Origin: Octopus vulgaris
Lineage: Eukaryota
Reading direction: 5' to 3'
Assembly: GCA_951406725.2 (NCBI GenBank)
Contig: OX597816.1
Coordinates: 135,594,001-135,658,000, forward strand
DNA length: 64,000 nucleotides
Both the position numbers and the translations under genes were made by a program. Shown piece after piece: positions 28,330 through 41,679 of this stretch. The notes beneath the pieces are model-generated. The model was not told where the DNA came from. It did not search any database and saw only the letters and a program-made list of their open reading frames with translations. How positions within the stretch are numbered: the first letter of the stretch is position 1; every line of letters starts with the position of its first letter.

Positions 28330-28701
<372 letters not shown>

Positions 28702-28703
<2 letters not shown>

Positions 28704-29885
28704 TACTTTGATACTTTGATACTTTGATAGGTTTCGGCCATTATTGGCCCAGGTCATGTCTAACTTAATAGCACCACCTGGTGAAGTCTTTCAAGTCAGA
28801 ATTTGGGCACTATGGCCCACTCAAGTAGAGAGTTATTGTTTACAGAGACATATCCAGGTGTAGGGGGTTTATCCGGGATTTCTTGAAGGAATCTGTCCAA
28901 AGACTTCTTGAACCCTATAGGGTCAGTTTCTGTTTTAATGTGTTTTGGTGTAATGTTAAAGAGAGCGGGGCCAATTGAGGTGAAATAATTGTGCCGTATT
29001 GTTGTTATGAGATGAGAGTGCGATTTTTGTTTTGGGCGGATGGCACGGGGCCCAAGCCTTGGATGTACCTTAAAGGTGATGCCAACATCATTTGGGCAAT
29101 GCTGATGGAATATTTTCCACATCATGCCGATGATGTAGCGCTCACGACGACGTTGGAGAGAATAGAGTTTTAGCTTTTCTAGCCGACCCCAATAGTCGAG
29201 GCCTGTCATGCCATCTATCTTTTTTGTGATTGCCCTTTGAGGTGCTTCAACTTTTATGATACCTTGTATTGTGTGGGGAGACCACAGTGGACAACAGTAT
29301 TCAAGGTGGGGTCGGGCAAAAGTGGAGAAGAGAAGGATAATGGTGTGGATATCTCTCGACTGGAAAGTTCTGAGAATCCAGGAACACATTCTGCGGGCCA
29401 TGTCAACTTTGGTGTTTATATGAGTGGCCCAGCTTACGTTGTTGTCCACAATTACTCCCAAGTCTCTGATGTTGTTGGACGCCGCGAGAGTTTCACCTGA
29501 AGGAAGGGAGTATGGGAGTTTCAGGGCATCCTCTTTTCCAAAGTGGATTAGCTCAAATTTATCCTCGTTCAGCAGCATATTGTTTTTTTCTGCCCATTGG
29601 ATAACAGCCAGTAGATCTGACTGAATGCATGTCCGGTCACTCGCCTCATTTATGACCTTCTGTAGCTTGGAGTCATCTGCAAAGATTTTTATGTTGCTGT
29701 GCTTGATGATGTCATTAATGTCATTAATGTAAATGATGAAAAGAAGTGGGCCCAGCACAGTGCCTTGCGGAACGCCACTACTGACTTTGGCTGGGCTTGA
29801 TTTTACCCCTTCAACTACAACATGTTGAGATCTGTCTGTCAGGAAACACTTAATCCATTTCAGTAACTTTCCAGAGACACCATAT
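28702..29885 (-). mobile_element. CR1-type LINE, 5'-truncated, with intact 365-aa RT C-terminal ORF
   Basis: [48 protein letters not shown]; 3' stem-loop and (ATCAAAGT)3 tail; flanked by (TA)n. Confidence 0.93.
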
Positions 29886-29964
29886 GTATACATATATAAA
29901 TATATGTATATGTATGTATGTATATGTATATATATATGTATGTATATGTGTATATATATATATA

Positions 29965-30003
<39 letters not shown>

Positions 30004-30114
30004 TTATATATGTATGTATATGTATATTTATATATGTATGTATATATATATATATATATATAAGAAATATTGAATTTCTAAATCTCTCGTAGAGACATGT
30101 ACGGTGGTGGGGCG

Positions 30115-30273
30115 ATAGAATGGTTGTATACTGTCAATCTAACAAGAACGTGACAGTAGGGGTACACCACCGCTGTATAGCCCTAGGAGGCGTTCGATGC
30201 TTCCTAGGGCTATACAGCGGTGGTGTACCCCCTACTGTCACGTTCTTGTTAGATTGACAGTATACAACCATTC

Positions 30274-30276
<3 letters not shown>
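30115..30276. repeat. Near-perfect hairpin, about 80-bp arms
   Basis: ATAGAATGGTTGTATACTGTC...CCCTAGGAGGCGT-TCG-ATGCTTCCTAGGG...GACAGTATACAACCATTCTAT. Confidence 0.92.
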
Positions 30277-31007
<731 letters not shown>

Positions 31008-31795
31008 GTGCCGGTGGCACACAAGAAAACCATCCGAACGTGGCCGTAGCCAGTACCGCACCGACTGGCCTCCGTGCTGTGGGCACGTAACAAACACCAT
31101 CCGATCGTGGCTGTTCGCCAGCCTCATCTGGCACCTGTGTCGGTGGCACATAAAAACACCATCCGAAGACCCGGCAAGACTAGTCAGGCCATAACCTGTG
31201 GCCCCTACCTGGGACGTAGTTAGTCCACCTGTGCATACCTTCCTTCTTGTGACACTTGTGAAGACCTGTTGAGGCAAGTGAAAATCAAAACAAATCAAAA
31301 TAGATGAACATCAATGGAATTTGTATCTTTGTGGTACCAGTGCTGGTGGCACGTGGCACACAAGAAAACCATCCGAACGTGGCCGTAGCCAGTACCGCAT
31401 CGACTGGCCTCCGTGCTTTGGGCACGTAACAAACACCATCCGATCGTGGCCGTTTGCCAGCCTCATCTGGCACCTGTATCGGTGGCACATAAAAACACCA
31501 TCCGAGCGTGGCCGTCTGCCAGCCTCGTCTGGCACCTGTGTCGGTGGCACATAAAAAACACCATCCGAGCGTGGCCGTTTGCCAGCCTCGTCTGGCACCT
31601 GTGTCGGTGGCACATAAAATCACCCACTACACTCTCGGAGTGGTTGGCGTTAGGAAGGGCATCCAGCTGTAGAAACACTGCCAGATCTGACTGGACTGGT
31701 GCAGCTTTAGGGCTCCCCAGACCCCAGTTGAACCGTCCAACCCATGCTAGCATGGAAAGCGGGCGTCAAATGATGATGATGATGATGATGATGAT
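31008..31795 (+). mobile_element. RTE 3'UTR-only insertion with about 55-75-bp tandem units, young and CpG-rich
   Basis: Repeated GGTGGCACATAAAAACACCATCCGA units, shared RTE 3' terminus and (GAT)n tail; flanked by microsatellites. Confidence 0.85.
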
Positions 31796-31797
31796 AT

Positions 31798-31865
<68 letters not shown>

Positions 31866-31914
31866 ATATATATATATATATATATGTGTGTATGTATATT
31901 TATATATGTATATA

Positions 31915-31946
<32 letters not shown>

Positions 31947-32157
31947 AACTTAGATAAACTTAGATATGTTTCGACCAAAGATTGGTCCAGGCCATCTCTA
32001 ACTTATTAGCACCACCTGATAGGATTATTCGAATCCTGTTTAAGTCAAGTTTTGTTTATGGGCCATTCAAGTAATGAGTTCTTGTTGGATGAGTTGTATC
32101 CAATTATGAGTGGCTTATCTGGTATTCTTTGAAGGAATCTATCCAAACTCCGTTTAA

Positions 32158-33289
32158 CCCCTTACCCAACAATTATTTTGAAAATAAATGTATTTTTTCA
32201 GACATATTTTTTAATTGTTTTATTTTACTATGTTTTGAATGGTGATTTCGAGGTATATTTCAAACCTTATTTATTATGAATTTTAATTCAATAATATTGA
32301 TTTTAAATTACTGCTTTGGGCAGAAACGAGTTAACCCGTTTTTTTCATAAATCATATTACTTTTACAAAAAATCATGTTATTTTATTTGGTTATCTTATT
32401 TTCCAAATTTAGAATGAATGATCAAAACATGATTTCTCTTTCTCTTTCTCTTTTACTTGTTTCAGTCATTTGACTGCGGCCATGCTGGAGCACCGCCTTT
32501 AATCGAGCAAACTTGACCCCGGGACTTATTCTTTGTAAGCCCAGTACTTATTCTATCGGTCTCTTTTTTGCCGAACCGCTAAGTGACGGGGACGTAAACA
32601 CACCAGCATCGGTTGTCAAGCGATGCTAGGGGTCAAACACAGACACACAAACACACACATACATATATATACATATATACGACAGGCTTCTTTCAGTTTC
32701 CGTCTACCAAATCCACTCACAAGGCATTGGTCGGCCCGGGGCTATAGCAGAAGACACTTGCCCAAGATGCCACGCAGTGGGACTGAACCCGGAACCATGT
32801 GGTTGGTTAGCAAGCTACTTACCACACAGCCACTCCTCTGTTGATTTTATTACTTCAAAACTGTTAATAAAACTCTTCTGATGAACTTTCACTCTCATCA
32901 GATGTATCCAACCCTCCAAGAGAAGCTTCATAATCGCTATCATCATCAGAGCTCGACATGGTAGGGTTATAATATAAAGGTATAAAAAAAAGCAACGTAA
33001 AAACAAAGTGAATACTTCTATTCATAAAATGTGCCTTCCAACCCTTCGACTGTCTCCAGGTAACTAAATCATACTCGGTCTTCAATGCGAAAGGTGGCAG
33101 AAATCGTCACTGCCAGACGTATAAAGTGAGCGAATATACACGTATATGTCAAAAAAGAGTTTATAATAGACGAAGGAACTCGTTTGCTGTCGATTTTGGC
33201 GAGTCTATCTTTTGACGAGTTAACTCGCCAGAGATAGAAAAAAACCATTTCGGTCAAAACGCATATATTCGTTTCTGCCGGGTAAGGGG
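32158..33289 (-). mobile_element. Internally deleted piggyBac-like element
   Basis: TTAA TSDs at 32154-32157 and 33290-33293; TIRs CCCCTTACCC/GGGTAAGGGG; acidic MSSSDDDSDYEAS...ESSSEE stretch resembling a piggyBac transposase N-terminus. Confidence 0.8.
32437..32837 (-). mobile_element. tRNA-derived SINE family B, young CpG-rich copy
   Basis: A/B-box head (TGGCTGTGTGGTAAG...GGTTCAGTCCC), internal (TG)n, tail ...GACTGAAACAAGTAAAAGA. Other copies near 8750, 15548, 17265, 26155, 47620, 48728, 54180, 62480. Confidence 0.85.
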
Positions 33290-33451
33290 TTAAAGTTGAT
33301 GGGATCCTTTTCCTCTTTGATTTCCCTCGGGACAATGTTAAATAGGGCAGGGCCTGTTGAGGAAAAGAAATTATGTTGCAGTGTACATGTATGCTGTGAT
33401 CTTGAATTGGGCAGGGGACGTATGGCCCGTGGTCCCAGTCTTGGATGAACC

Positions 33452-33483
<32 letters not shown>

Positions 33484-33638
33484 TATGTATATAAGTTCAG
33501 CAAAAATTTAGATTCAAATGAATATGGTACTTAATTTAGATGCACCAGAATTCTGTATGGTGTTATCCATATAAATCCGTGGGGTGAATATAATCAAAAT
33601 AAGCAACAAGAATGACTCCGGAGTCATTCTTATTTTGA

Positions 33639-33652
33639 GTATATATATATAC

Positions 33653-33720
<68 letters not shown>

Positions 33721-33733
33721 GTATATATATGTG

Positions 33734-33776
<43 letters not shown>

Positions 33777-33928
33777 ATATGTATGTATGTATATATGTAT
33801 GTATGTATATATGTATGTATGTATGTATATATGTATGTATGTATATATGTATGTATCTATATATATATATGTATGTATGTATATATATATGTATGTATGT
33901 ATATATATATATGTATGTATGTATATAT

Positions 33929-33962
<34 letters not shown>

Positions 33963-33999
33963 GTATATATATATGTATGTATGTATATATATATGTATG

Positions 34000-34031
<32 letters not shown>

Positions 34032-34405
34032 TATGTATGTATATATATATATGTATGTATATATATATGTATGTATATATATATATGTATGTATATATAT
34101 ATATGCATGTATATATATATATATGTATGTATATATATATATGCATGTATATATATATATGTATATGTATATATATATATGTATGTATATATATATGCAT
34201 GTATATATATATATATGTATGTATATATATATATATGTATGTATATATATATATATGTATATATATATATGTATGTATATATATATATATGTATGTATAT
34301 ATATATGTTTGTATATATATATGTATGTATATATATATATATATGTATGTATATACATGTTTGTATATACATATATATATATGTATATATATACATATGT
34401 ATGTG

Positions 34406-34444
<39 letters not shown>
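33639..34444. repeat. (TA)n/(TATG)n compound microsatellite
   Basis: Direct reading. Confidence 0.95.
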
Positions 34445-34817
34445 AATAAAGATTATTATAGGCAAAACATGCTTGTATATAGGTAGATTGATCCTGTCAA
34501 AACATGTTCTAAGATGGCTACTGACATTGCTCTAAAACTTTTTTACTGTATTATATTTATTTATTTATTGCCCACAGGGGGCTAAACATGGAGGGTACAA
34601 ACAAGGACAGACAAAGGGATTAAGTGTCCGTGTGTGTGTGTTTATGCATATATATGTTTATGTGAAAGCATGTAGAAACACTGCCAGATCAGATTGGAGC
34701 ATGGTGCAGCCTCCTGGTTTGCCTGTCCCCAGTCAAACCGTCCAATACGTGCGAGCATGGAAAATGGATGTTAAACGATGATGATGATGTGTATAGGTAT
34801 GGGTGGATATATATATA

Positions 34818-36086
34818 TCTACTAATATATGTGAAAAATCTGTGTGTGTTTGTTTGTGGCATTGTTAGCTTAACTCCTTCTACATCGCTTCATTGATTTT
34901 GATGAAAATTGACATGTGAGTAGAACTCCTGTTTGGAAACGTCGTGACATACTTAGATTGTTGGAAAAATCAATAATACGGCCCCTGGAAAGGACCTTTA
35001 TATCTACCCCATATAACTAATTTTTTTTAAATACTCAAGGGAAATAATCCATTTCATTATTTATGTTCGATTACTTTGAATATTGATTTTTTGTGTGTCT
35101 AATTTCTAATTTTTGCAGACTTTATTTGACATGTGAGTAGAACTCATGTCTGGAAATGTCGTGACATACTTAGATTGTTGAAAAAAATTGATAATAGGGC
35201 TCCTCCAATGGATCCTTGTATCTACTACATATTATTAATATTTTATTTAAACAGTCCAAGGGAAATAACCTATACCACCTGCAGTTATTAGCAAAGCAAT
35301 GGATATTTGATTCTCATGATCAGCCGACCTAATTCTGCATTACACTACTCACAGTTTTGAACTGCACTTTATTGCACTTTCTTAATTTGAATCTTAAGCC
35401 TTAAAGACTTCATTCATACATTTCTATACATAAATACTTTTTTGAATGCCCATTACTCCGATATTTCTGCATTTTTACAGTTACACTTTTGTGATGACAG
35501 TAGATAAATTTTTCCTTCCACAACGTATTTGTAGTGGCTTCATACAGGCATAGTGTGGATTTGATCCTCGATTGCCAAATTTCACTTAACACTTCAACAG
35601 TGCTTTTCTCATGGTAAACAATAGTTTTTCTGTGAATGACAGCAGTTATACATTTTCCAGCTACCTTCGCTAAGCAGAATAATGTCTTTGCTGCTTGACC
35701 CTTCTAACCTCTTCTTGGCCACCACTGGCTGAGACCTCCAACGAAATCATTTGTTCTCAACAATATGTCTATCCTTCTGGCTACTTTTCGATTGTTATAA
35801 AAGCAAGAACTCCATAAGCTAAAGGCAGTTACTGAGTGACCATCAGTGAGTGTGAACGTTATTATTGCACTTTCTTCAAACACTTCATTCATATATTTAA
35901 TTAACCTCTCTCACAAACCTCCGACAATGTTTCTTGCCAACCTCCAACAACCTCTTCCTCCTCCAGCTGACAGTTTTTTGTATTTTTTCATGTGGCAGTT
36001 ATAACAAAATTGCTTTCTTATATCAGAGTAGTAAGGTGTTTCAATAGAACATTTTAACCCCGGGAATTACCAGGTACACCAGCTAG
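34818..36086 (+). mobile_element. Non-autonomous Helitron-like element
   Basis: A^TC start, (TG)/(TTTG) near the 5' end, internal about 210-bp duplication, 3' GC-rich hairpin followed by CTAG^T. Confidence 0.6.
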
Positions 36087-36181
36087 TATATATATATATA
36101 TGTGTGCTTTATTTGTAGGTTAATAAGGCTACCATTGGTTTCATGCAAACAGAATTCTGCGAACAATTTTTAAGCCTTCAA

Positions 36182-37417
36182 TTGGGTTGGCAACTAAGTT
36201 CCTACCATTTTTTGAAAGGTATAATAAAAATAACAACTAATTAATCAATAATGTATTCAGCCTTGTTGTTTACAACTTCTTCTCAACATTCAGCAAGATT
36301 TTCAATACCTTGTTCATAGAAATCACTTGATTTCGACTCGAAAAATTGATCCAACCAGGCTCTCAATTCTGCATCAGTATTGAACGAAACTCTGTGCGTA
36401 GCATTTGAAAGAGATCGAAAGAGGTGCCAAATCAGGAGAGTACGGTGGGTGTGGTAGCACTTCCCAGCCATGCGTTAGAATGGCTTCCTTGGTCATATTG
36501 GCGATATGAGGGCGGGCCTTGTCATGCAGCAGAACTCCATATTGCCGATTAGGTCTTTTCTCTTGAATAGCCATGTTGAGTCGTTCCATCTGTTGAACAT
36601 AGAGTTCCGCATTGACCGTTTGGTTCCATTCAAGCAATTTGTAATGGATAATCCTGTCCCAGTCCCATCATACGCACAACATCGTTTTACACGGATGAAG
36701 ATCTTGTTTCACGCGCGGTGTCGCTTGTTTACGGAGGCTAAGCCATTCCTTATGCTGCTTCATATTGATGTACAGGCACTATTTTTCGTCGCCTGTAACG
36801 ATTTGGTAAAGAAATCGTTGTTTGTGCACATGAGTTGAGCAGTGACGAGCAAACAAGCCAGCGGAGACTGTGGCTTGTTGATTTTTGTTGTCGTCACTTG
36901 AAGCATGCGGAACTCATGCTCCATACTTCTGAAACTTTCCCATCGAGTGAAGCTGCTTCTTTAGAGCAGTGTTGGAGCATTCCATTTTCTCTGCCAGTTC
37001 CCTTGTCGTTTGACGAGAATTTTCATGCAAAAGTTGGTTTAATCACTCTTCATTGAACTCAACTGGATGACCAGAACAAGGTGCATCTTTGAGGTTAAAA
37101 TTTCCATTTTTGAACTTGGCATACCAATAACAAACGGTTCTTTCAGCTATGGCACCCTCTCCATACACAGCACAAATGTCACGAGCAGCTTTTGTGGCTT
37201 TAGAACCTTGATTAAAAGCAAAAAGAAGGAGGTGTCGAAAATGCTCGGTTTTCTTAACTTGACACTCCATTTTAATGATCTGAAAATAAACAAAAATTAA
37301 CTAAAATTAACTAGAAAAAAAAACAAAATATATTCCAAAATGATTCAAAAATAGAATTCTTGAAAAAATTAGATTCCAAAATTTAAAAAAACAGCAGGAA
37401 CTTAGTTGCCAACCCAA
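36182..37417 (-). mobile_element. Mariner transposon, full length, frameshifted transposase
   Basis: TIRs TTGGGTTGGCAACTAAGTTCCT / AGGAACTTAGTTGCCAACCCAA+TA. ORF pieces: N-terminal HTH (FRHLLLFAFNQG..AARDICAVYG), LLHDKARPH, HPPYSPDLAP. Confidence 0.93.
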
Positions 37418-37524
37418 TACATGGAGCATTGGTATTTTTAATCCCCATTAATTATTGTTCAAAATACTTTTAACTATTTCACAATGGTTTTGGTTGATTT
37501 TTTTGTTTTTGTTTTGTCTAAAAG

Positions 37525-37682
37525 CTGGAAGATACATTAAATCTAGTCAAGTTGATTGAGAGTACAGGAGTAGTAGCTATTGCCATTCATGCTCGTACAC
37601 AAAGTGAACGCCCAAGACATCCAAATCGTAATGATTATATTAAGAAAATATCAGAAAGTCTAAAAATACCAGTTATTGCTAA
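37525..37682 (+). CDS. DUS2: DUS2 coding exon 8 ([53 protein letters not shown])
   Basis: T-rich tract followed by an aaAAG acceptor, GTGAGT donor; HAR and IPVIAN motifs. Confidence 0.94.
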
Positions 37683-38248
37683 GTGAGTCATATTGATTTA
37701 TATATAAATATTTTTCTTTTCTCTTTTCCTCTATCTCTTCTCTCTTTCTCTCTCTGTCACACGTACACATGCTCTTTCTCTTTCTCTCTATCTTTGTTGA
37801 CTTTTCTCTTTATCTTTTAACAAGTTCATTCTTTATCTGTTTATCTATTCATCATATGTCCTCTCTCAATAAATATTCGTTTCTCCTCTTACTTTTTCTA
37901 TTTCTTCCCCTCTCTTTCTCTCTCTCTCTTCATTTATTCAAGCATGCATATATTTTAATCTGTCTTCAAAGCAAATTTTTGTGACAATCTAAAGGTAATA
38001 TTTTCACCTTTCTTGGCATCTTGACAAATATAGGAAGTTTGTGAGACAACATTACATGTTGTTAGATGTTTTAGCAAAGACTATAAAATGTGGTATATTT
38101 TTCCTTGTGATTTGCATTCAATTTTCCATAGTAGAATGGAAAGGATGGGTTTTGTATGTAACTCATTAAAAGAAGTAATTAGGAAGAATATCATTTCTTC
38201 TTAATGCTAACCACATCATTGTGAAGCTGTTAAGACTGAAACAAGAAA

Positions 38249-38467
38249 TAAGGCGGCAAGCTGGCAGAAACGTTAGCACAGCGGGCGAAATGCTTAGCGG
38301 TATTTTGTCTGCCATTATGTTCGAGATTGACTTTGCTTGTCATCCTTTCAGGGTCGATAAATTAAGTACCAGTTACGCACTGGGGTTGATGTAATTGACT
38401 TAATCCCTTTGTCTGTCCTTGTTTGTCCCCCTCTGCGTTTAGCCCCTTGCGGGCAATAAAGAAATAA
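38249..38467 (+). mobile_element. tRNA-derived SINE family A, representative copy
   Basis: Head AAGGCGGCAAGCTGGCAGAAACGTTAGCAC and core CATCCTTTCAGGGTCGATAAATTAAGTACCAG. Other copies near 1-250(-), 5800(-), 10797(-), 14820(-), 18281, 27042, 27304, 38698, 46128(-), 61023. Confidence 0.85.
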
Positions 38468-38909
38468 AACTTAACCAAGAAGATGAATATATGTATTGTT
38501 TAGAGCCACAATACAATTATGTAACATTCTTCAAATGCTTGACCATATGGTCAATAGAAAATTATTTCAACATTCTACCACTATACTTCTCTGACAAAAA
38601 TTGCTACATCCTTTTGGATAGAGTTTATAATTTTAGTCTGACGTTGCAACAATTAACATATTAATACATTGTTTATATTTTAATATTGAACTATATTAAG
38701 GCAGCCAGCTGGCAGAATTGTTAGCATGCTGGGCAAAATGTTTAGCAGGATTTCATTCGTCTTCCTGTTCTGAGTTCAAATTCCACCAAGGTTGACTTTG
38801 CCTCTATCCTTTCAGGAGCCAATAAACTAAGTGCCTTGAGCCAAAATTTGAAACCAATATTGAACTATATTATTTTTTTTGTCTCACTTTCTTTTTCTTA
38901 TATTTCCAG

Positions 38910-39075
38910 TGGAGGCTCTAAAGAAATTAATTGTTACAAAGACATAGAACAATTTTGGAAAGATACTGGGGCTTCTTCTGTTATGTTAGCAAGGGCTGCT
39001 CAGTGGAATGTTTCCATCTTTAACAAGAATGGCATGTTGTCTCTGCCTGAAGTCATACGAGAATATGTGAAATAT
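38910..39075 (+). CDS. DUS2: DUS2 coding exon 9 (GGSKEINCYKDIEQFWKDTGASSVMLARAAQWNVSIF...EYVKY)
   Basis: ttccAG acceptor, GTAAGA donor; SSVMLARAA motif. Confidence 0.95.
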
Positions 39076-39676
39076 GTAAGACAATTTATCTTACTTATTC
39101 TTTTATACTACTATTGATCTTTAAAACATTTACTGATTGAAAAGTCAAAGCATTTCTCATCCTACCACTTATTGATACTCCTATTCTTTCTGTGGATGAT
39201 CAAGGAAAAGACTGAAAGATAGTCTATCTCTCTTTAGCACTTAGTTTAGGAAACCAAAGAACAGAAAACACACCTCTTTTTTGATTTTAGGAAAACAAAG
39301 AACAAAAAGAAATATGCTTTGCGTAATCCTTTAGTATCCAGATTATTCTGTCAAATGTAATGCTTATATAATCAAATTGTTTTGAATTAATCATGCATTA
39401 CACTAGACCTTTGAATTTTTGATGATGTGATTGTTTATTTTTAGAATGACATTGTAGGATAGGTGTGCAAAGCCACATCTGGTTAGTTTGAACATAAAAC
39501 AGGTAGAATATTTGGGCCTGATATGGCTGATTTAATTGCTAAAGGGTTAATGGCAACTTAATGGCTGTGCCAAGAGTTCAATTTAAACATAGCCTTGTCA
39601 GTATCCTACCTGCTTGACCTCACTGTCACTCTTCCATGTCTCAGTTACTCTTATAAACCATTCTTTTATCACCCAG

Positions 39677-39798
39677 GCAATTCGCTATGATAGTCATTAT
39701 GCTAATACTAAATACTGTGTGCTTCAAATGATGCATGAAGATATGGATATGGAAGAAGGTCAAAAAATGCTTGGAGCAATGTCCCTCCAAGAAATAAG
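39677..39798 (+). CDS. DUS2: DUS2 coding exon 10 (AIRYDSHYANTKYCVLQMMHEDMDMEEGQKMLGAMSLQEI)
   Basis: cccAG acceptor, GTAAGT donor; YD.HY.NTKYC motif. Confidence 0.94.
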
Positions 39799-40283
39799 GT
39801 AAGTTTTCTTATTATTTAGGTTCTAAAGTAGTTTTTGATATTTGGTTAAGAAAGTTATTTCTACTGTGTGTTCACTTACAACTTTGAATTGTAGGTACCC
39901 TAGTTATTTGCCACTTTTTTCCCAAGTGTTAAGCTTAAAATTTAGGAGCATGCATTATACATGAGAACTAAATGCTACACATTTTTCTCAGTCCCAAATG
40001 CATGAGCATATTTGGAGTCAATGTTTGAATGTAAGTTATCACTATTATCCCAGCTAACTTATGTATAACACTGAGTTTAAATTACTACACCATCACTACC
40101 ATTTTCTCATACCATCACTACCATCTTCTTTATTTTCATCTTCTTCCCAATTACTACTACTACTCACCATTATAATGTTGGATAGCCATCTATCTCCTCT
40201 GTAACAAGACACATGTACTTGTCCCCCTATCACAGTTAAATCTCTCAGTACCCGGTATAAAGCCATTCCCCACTCTCTAATAC

Positions 40284-40331
<48 letters not shown>

Positions 40332-40788
40332 TCACACATACACACACACACATATATTTAGTCATGAAGGCTTTTCTCTTTTCTTGTTCTTTTCTGTCTT
40401 GCAAGTCACTTGGTGACCTTCCTAGTGCTGGTGGCATGAAAAAGCACCCAGTTCACACTGTAAGATGGTTGGCATTAGGAAGGACATCAAGTTCCTGAAA
40501 ACATACTAAAACATGCTAGGGTTCAGTGCAGCCCTACAGCTTGCCGGATCCTGTCAAACTGTCAAACCCTTGTCAGCATAGAGAACAGACATTAAATGAT
40601 GATGATGATAATGATAATGAATGCTACATTTTTCAATGACAGTGATAATACATTAACTGTTCATTATAGTTCATAAATATGCCCAAATCAGAGACTGCAA
40701 TGATCAAGGTTGATGAAATGTATTCAGTTTCTGTTCATATACTGCATGTATCCTAGTTCATATATATATATACACTGTGCAAGCATAA

Positions 40789-40812
40789 TCTCTATATATA
40801 TAAATGGCAAAA

Positions 40813-40847
<35 letters not shown>

Positions 40848-41081
40848 CCTTTATACAAATCCACAATTTTTCAGTTAGAGGGCTCGTACTTTCTGTGCTC
40901 ATTCAAAACCGTCCAAGGGTGGTCGTGCACATCTTTACATTTCCCCAGTCACCCCGCAAAGCCATTAAAAAATCAATAGAAGTGACTTTTTTGTGAATTT
41001 TCTATCTAAAACCCAATCAAAATGCCTGAAACTTGATACACCAATTGAATGCCAGCTAGCAACGCCGGGTCATAGTGCTAG
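40789..41081 (+). mobile_element. Short Helitron-like element
   Basis: TCTCTATATATATAAA..(TG)n..GCAACGCCGGGT..CTAG^T. Confidence 0.6.
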
Positions 41082-41679
41082 TTACTAGAAATAATATCTG
41101 TGTTTCAATAAACAGCTACAATAACAAATAAACCAAAGGTGTTCCAGTCATGACTACCCAGTCAATAAATCATTTGATAATTATGCAATATACATTGTTC
41201 ACTTTAATGTTCAAGTACTGAGTGCTATTTATGTGACACCAGCACAGGATCTGCTTTTTATGTAGTACCAGCACCAGTGTTATTTACATGGCACCAATAT
41301 GAGTGCTTTTTATGTGGCATCAGCACAAGTGCTTTTTGCATCTGCAAGCTGAGAGAGGGAGTGAAACCAAGAGATTAGAGTATGATAGAGGAACTGAGGT
41401 AACCCTTTTGCTATCAAAGAGATACTTGGCTACCTCAGTAGAACAAGGAAGGAGAGGAGGGTGGGAGAAAGTTAGAAAAAGATTTGGAGTGAGAGAAGGA
41501 AGGCCTTCCCACAGAGAGTGAGGATGTATGTATTCCAACTGCTAAAGGCAAATACACTGCAGTTACCATGGAGAACAAATCTTACTTATGGTAAAAAGGT
41601 GTGAAAACACTCGGTTCCTTCAATGTTGCCATCTCCCAGGAATCTCAGTTTCGAGTTTATTGACTCTTGTCGGTGAGCT

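Larger units (their letters stand above)
31946..33452 (-). mobile_element. Second CR1-type LINE 3' fragment, interrupted by a piggyBac-like element
   Basis: Removing 32158-33293 restores [12 protein letters not shown]...GPALFNIVPREIKEEKDPINFKRSLDRFLQRIPDKP, homologous to the 28796 ORF, with a similar 3' stem-loop and tail. Confidence 0.85.

Noticed and set aside
28725-28765. GGCC-AATAAT-GGCC-GAAAC at the CR1 3' end (also about 31965-31995) as a hammerhead
   Set aside because: Has a stem plus GAAAC but no CUGANGA core or stem I; treated as the LINE 3' stem-loop.
31340-31630. Regularly spaced repeats resembling a CRISPR array
   Set aside because: Eukaryotic context, 'spacers' are homologous to each other, no cas genes; they are RTE 3'UTR tandem units.
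37588-37596. HAR instead of HGR in the DUS2 active-site region as a sign of inactivation
   Set aside because: HAR is a normal variant among Dus enzymes; the catalytic Cys and other motifs are intact.
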